50,871 nucleotides of DNA from a virus (taxonomy: Duplodnaviria; Caudoviricetes), in IMG/VR virus record IMGVR_UViG_3300025502_000029, positions 1 to 50,871 of that record, one strand, 5' to 3'. Both the position numbers and the translations under genes were made by a program. Under the pieces are notes generated by a model. That model saw only the letters and a program-made list of their open reading frames with translations, searched no databases and was not told where the DNA came from. Shown here one piece after another: positions 48,072-50,871 of the stretch; position 1 is the stretch's first letter; each line of letters begins with the position of its first letter.

Positions 48072-48102
48072 GCTATAATAGTCTCCATTACAATCAAATT
48101 AC

Positions 48103-48131
48103 ATTATAATACTAAGTGTTTGAGATGTCAA
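48103..48131 (-). promoter_or_regulatory. Sigma70-type promoter for uvsY
   Basis: Perfect TTGACA-17 nt-TATAAT. Confidence 0.8.
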
Positions 48132-48617
48132 TTAAAGTTTGTTGATACTGAATGAATCGTACTGAAAAGTTGCCGTTACTTCAGGATAAATTAGATCAGA
48201 TTGTGTCGTATCAAGAGCAATATCAGATATACTAATTGGAAAACAGTTAACAAACCTTACTTCTAGATTTAAATTTTTATGACTATTAAGAATCTGAATT
48301 GTGATATCTGAATCAAGACCCCCGTCAGATTCACTTATTCGTTTGAATTCATTAAAGTCTCGTGGAAATGTCGTGTCACTAATCCAATTATATATCTCAA
48401 GATAGTTGCTCATATTTTCATCAATAATAAATGTAAGATCAAGATTTGAATAATCCAACTGATCGGGTGATCTAAATGTCTTACGGAATGGGTTTTGAAC
48501 TTCAACCGGCTGTGCACTTATACCAGGGATATTTGCTCTTTGGACAAAAAACTCAACATTCGGAAGTCGCTTTATTGCTACTCTGAACTCTAACGGGGAG
48601 AGAAAATTTGTAATCAT
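48132..48617 (-). CDS. 3: Tail completion / sheath stabilizer gp3
   Basis: NFLSPLEF, PNVEFFVQRANIPGI, FIIDENMSNYLEIYNWI, FPIS; ATG 48617 with AGGAG RBS; late promoter TATAAATA at 48663-48670 (-). Confidence 0.85.
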   Translation of the reverse strand: MITNFLSPLEFRVAIKRLPNVEFFVQRANIPGISAQPVEVQNPFRKTFRSPDQLDYSNLDLTFIIDENMSNYLEIYNWISDTTFPRDFNEFKRISESDGGLDSDITIQILNSHKNLNLEVRFVNCFPISISDIALDTTQSDLIYPEVTATFQYDSFSINKL

Positions 48618-48631
48618 TGCAAAAACTCCTG

Positions 48632-48660
48632 TTGACATTTTAACCGAATCGGTATATGTT
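48632..48660 (+). promoter_or_regulatory. Early promoter
   Basis: TTGACA-17 nt-TATGTT containing CCGAATCGGTA. Confidence 0.75.
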
Positions 48661-48687
48661 ACTATTTATAAACAAAAGGATAACATT

Positions 48688-49050
48688 ATGATTTACCGAC
48701 TTTTTATAGATGACGAACGAGATCCACGAGATGTGACATGGGGTAAGACCTGGCAAGAAAATGCAATGTATCGCCAGGATGATTGGGTTATTGCACGAAA
48801 TTGGTTTGATGTGATTGATATTGTTGTATCTTCAGGGTTTCCGGAAACCATCAGCTTTGATCATGATCTAGGTAAGGATGAGCGGACAGGATTTGATATA
48901 GCCAAGCGTCTTTGTGAAATGATTATGGATGGTGTTCATATACCAGATGATTTCCGCTACTTTGTTCATTCTAAGAACCCAGTAGGTGCAGAAAACATTC
49001 ACGGGTATATGGATAACTTTTTGGAACAATATAATTCTGTTGACACCTGA
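48688..49050 (+). CDS. Cyclic-phosphate-processing receiver-like domain protein (RNA repair associated)
   Basis: LFIDDERDP, ISFDHDLG, TGFD and VHSKNPVG motifs. Confidence 0.75.
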   Translation: MIYRLFIDDERDPRDVTWGKTWQENAMYRQDDWVIARNWFDVIDIVVSSGFPETISFDHDLGKDERTGFDIAKRLCEMIMDGVHIPDDFRYFVHSKNPVGAENIHGYMDNFLEQYNSVDT

Positions 49051-49068
49051 TCCGAATCAGTATATGTT
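49040..49068 (+). promoter_or_regulatory. Early promoter, near copy of the one at 48632
   Basis: TTGACA-17 nt-TATGTT containing CCGAATCAGTA; followed by the same TAAACAAAAGGA leader. Confidence 0.75.
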
Positions 49069-49094
49069 GATCATATAAACAAAGGAATAAAATC

Positions 49095-49289
49095 ATGAAA
49101 TATGTAACAATTACAATTGCAATTCTTCTGTCTGCTTGCTCAACATACGATAATGATCTTCAAGCGCATCTTAAAGCTGAACAAGATTTTGCTGCACACC
49201 AAGCCTATCTTGAATACCTCTACACTAATTATGATCCTGAATATGTTGATGATTGTTTATACTACGAGCTTGAATGTGAATTTAATTAA
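49095..49289 (+). CDS. Small putative lipoprotein
   Basis: MKYVTITIAILLSAC lipobox; AAGGA RBS. Confidence 0.65.
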   Translation: MKYVTITIAILLSACSTYDNDLQAHLKAEQDFAAHQAYLEYLYTNYDPEYVDDCLYYELECEFN

Positions 49290-49325
49290 CACTTGGCATG
49301 AATCGGTACAGATTAGGAGTTTTCA

Positions 49326-50543
49326 ATGACAATATCTAAATTTCTAGTCGGCGGTGCAGTGCGCGACATGCTGATGGGCAAAGATCCAGAAGATCGCGAT
49401 TATGTTGTCGTTGGTTCTACCCATGATGAAATGGCTGCAGCCGGCTTTGAAAAAGTCGGCGCTGACTTCCCAGTTTATCTCCATCCAGAGACAGGGGATG
49501 AATACGCCCTTGCGCGCAGGGAAAAGAAAACAGGTACTGGTTACCTGGGCTTTACTTCGGAATTTTCGTCTGATGTAACTTTAGCCGACGACCTTGGTAG
49601 AAGGGACCTTACGGCCAACTCAATGGCAATGGACGAAGATGGTAATGTTGTTGATCCTTTCAATGGTGCTGTTGATATCAAAAATAAAGTTCTACGTCAC
49701 ACTTCAGACGCTTTCAAAGAAGACCCAGTTCGTGTTCTGCGACTGGCTCGCTTCCGTGCTCGCTTCGGTCCAGAATGGAAAGTTGCTCCCGAAACTGCTA
49801 CTCTGATATCCCAGATGGCAAAAGCAGGTACTCTGAATGAACTGACTTCCGAGCGCGTCTGGAAAGAACTGAGCCGCGCAATGATGGAACCCCATCCTCG
49901 ATTGTTCTTTGATACTCTGCTGGAAACAGATGCTCTGCATGTAGTATTTCCAGAAGTATACAGACTGAAGACTGCGCTGGAATCATTCCGTTGGCATCCA
50001 GAAGGTGACGCGATGGAGCATTCACTTTTAGTTCTGACTGCTGCTGCTCGTGCAGGGTTTGATTTGGAAACTCGTATGGCTGCTCTGGTACACGACTTTG
50101 GTAAAGGTCTTACCCCACGTGATAAGTTGCCTAAGCACTTCGGCCATGATGTAAAGGGAGTTCCTGTAGTAGAGTACTTCTGCAACCGGCTGAGTGTGCC
50201 TTCTAAGATGCGACAGAGGCTAATGGCAGTGACAAAATTCCACATGAATATGCACCGCCTGGATCAACTGAACCCAAAAACCTATGTGAAAATGTTCACT
50301 GAGATGGGTGCTTTCAACGACCCAGTAGTAGTAAATCTGCTGCACCGATTGGGCCAAGTAGATGAACGAGGTCGTCTGGGTAGTCAAGATGCTAATGTAG
50401 ATCATCTGGTAAAAGTAGTGAATGTGTTCAATGCTGTTCGTGCAGTAAAGTTTGCTGATGTCTTTCCTGATGGCGAGACTAATGTGAATAGAATCAAGGA
50501 CGGTATGTTCCGTGCTCGTGTTCAGGCAGTTAAGTCCGCCTGA
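49326..50543 (+). CDS. cca: tRNA nucleotidyltransferase (CCA-adding) with HD phosphohydrolase domain
   Basis: LVGGAVRD..DRDYVV, RRDLTANSMA, EDPVRVLRLARF, ERVWKE, HPEGD..EH, LVHDFGKG. Confidence 0.93.
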   Translation: MTISKFLVGGAVRDMLMGKDPEDRDYVVVGSTHDEMAAAGFEKVGADFPVYLHPETGDEYALARREKKTGTGYLGFTSEFSSDVTLADDLGRRDLTANSMAMDEDGNVVDPFNGAVDIKNKVLRHTSDAFKEDPVRVLRLARFRARFGPEWKVAPETATLISQMAKAGTLNELTSERVWKELSRAMMEPHPRLFFDTLLETDALHVVFPEVYRLKTALESFRWHPEGDAMEHSLLVLTAAARAGFDLETRMAALVHDFGKGLTPRDKLPKHFGHDVKGVPVVEYFCNRLSVPSKMRQRLMAVTKFHMNMHRLDQLNPKTYVKMFTEMGAFNDPVVVNLLHRLGQVDERGRLGSQDANVDHLVKVVNVFNAVRAVKFADVFPDGETNVNRIKDGMFRARVQAVKSA

Positions 50544-50582
50544 ATATAAATAGAAAGAAATAATTGGAAAAGGAGTTACTCT

Positions 50583-50871
50583 ATGCTTTCTTTCAAGCAA
50601 CATATCACTGAGAACTATAAGAACTTTATCGGTGCAGAATCAAAGCCGCAAAGAGAACAGTGGGTAGATCAAGCTTGGAATATTTTACAGAAATCTTATG
50701 CGCCAATTGGTGGTATTAAAGGTTCTGGCTTTGGCTCTAAGCAGGATATGATCGATAAGTTGCCGTTTTGGAAACTATATACAAAAGGTGACAAGCTTGT
50801 TGCAGCTGCTTTTTACAAAGACAAAGGTGGCCGTAAGAGTGTTGCAATTGCCACAGATGGTTCTGATCTTG
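50583..50871 (+). CDS. Late-expressed hypothetical protein, runs off the window edge; possible internal head protein
   Basis: TATAAATA at 50545-50552; AAGGAG RBS; MLSFKQHITENYKNFIG...LQKSYAPIGGIKG is open to the end of the window. Confidence 0.75.
   Translation, partial: MLSFKQHITENYKNFIGAESKPQREQWVDQAWNILQKSYAPIGGIKGSGFGSKQDMIDKLPFWKLYTKGDKLVAAAFYKDKGGRKSVAIATDGSDL

Noticed and set aside
802-50603. Numerous 60-180 aa ORFs antisense to or nested within long genes
   Set aside because: Shadow frames of well-supported genes, without RBS, promoter or motifs
1-50871. tRNA genes, CRISPR arrays or stop-codon reassignment
   Set aside because: No cloverleaf or repeat-spacer pattern seen; core genes translate full length in the standard code and all breaks have local explanations

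Overview
AT-rich segment of a T4-like myovirus genome; an alphaproteobacterial host is suggested but not proven. The left half (1-26066) is a tail-fibre, baseplate and tail morphogenesis block: VrlC-like protein, gp8, gp7-like, gp6, gp25, an M15 peptidase protein, gp5, hub, split gp53, gp48, gp4, gp2, gp54-like, gp26, gp51 and a tape-measure-like gene. The right half is the T4-type replication module (hsp20, dut, regA, gp62, gp44, gp45, gp43, gp46, gp47, gp55, uvsW, uvsY, gp3), with a ~7.7 kb sugar-nucleotide/glycosyltransferase/methyltransferase cluster between gp43 and gp45, followed by early RNA-repair genes. The most notable structure is the DNA polymerase gene. It is split into two cistrons by a free-standing HNH homing endonuclease, and the second cistron is interrupted inside motif B by an ORF-less 248-nt group I intron, leaving a 38-codon first exon absent from the ORF track. 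Other candidates are a DNA hypermodification pathway, a -1 frameshift joining gp26 and gp51, a dCMP deaminase replacement scar, a ROSE-like thermometer before hsp20, GANTC-containing early promoters and a possible R-loop origin. All annotations come from motif recognition by eye; no searches were run.
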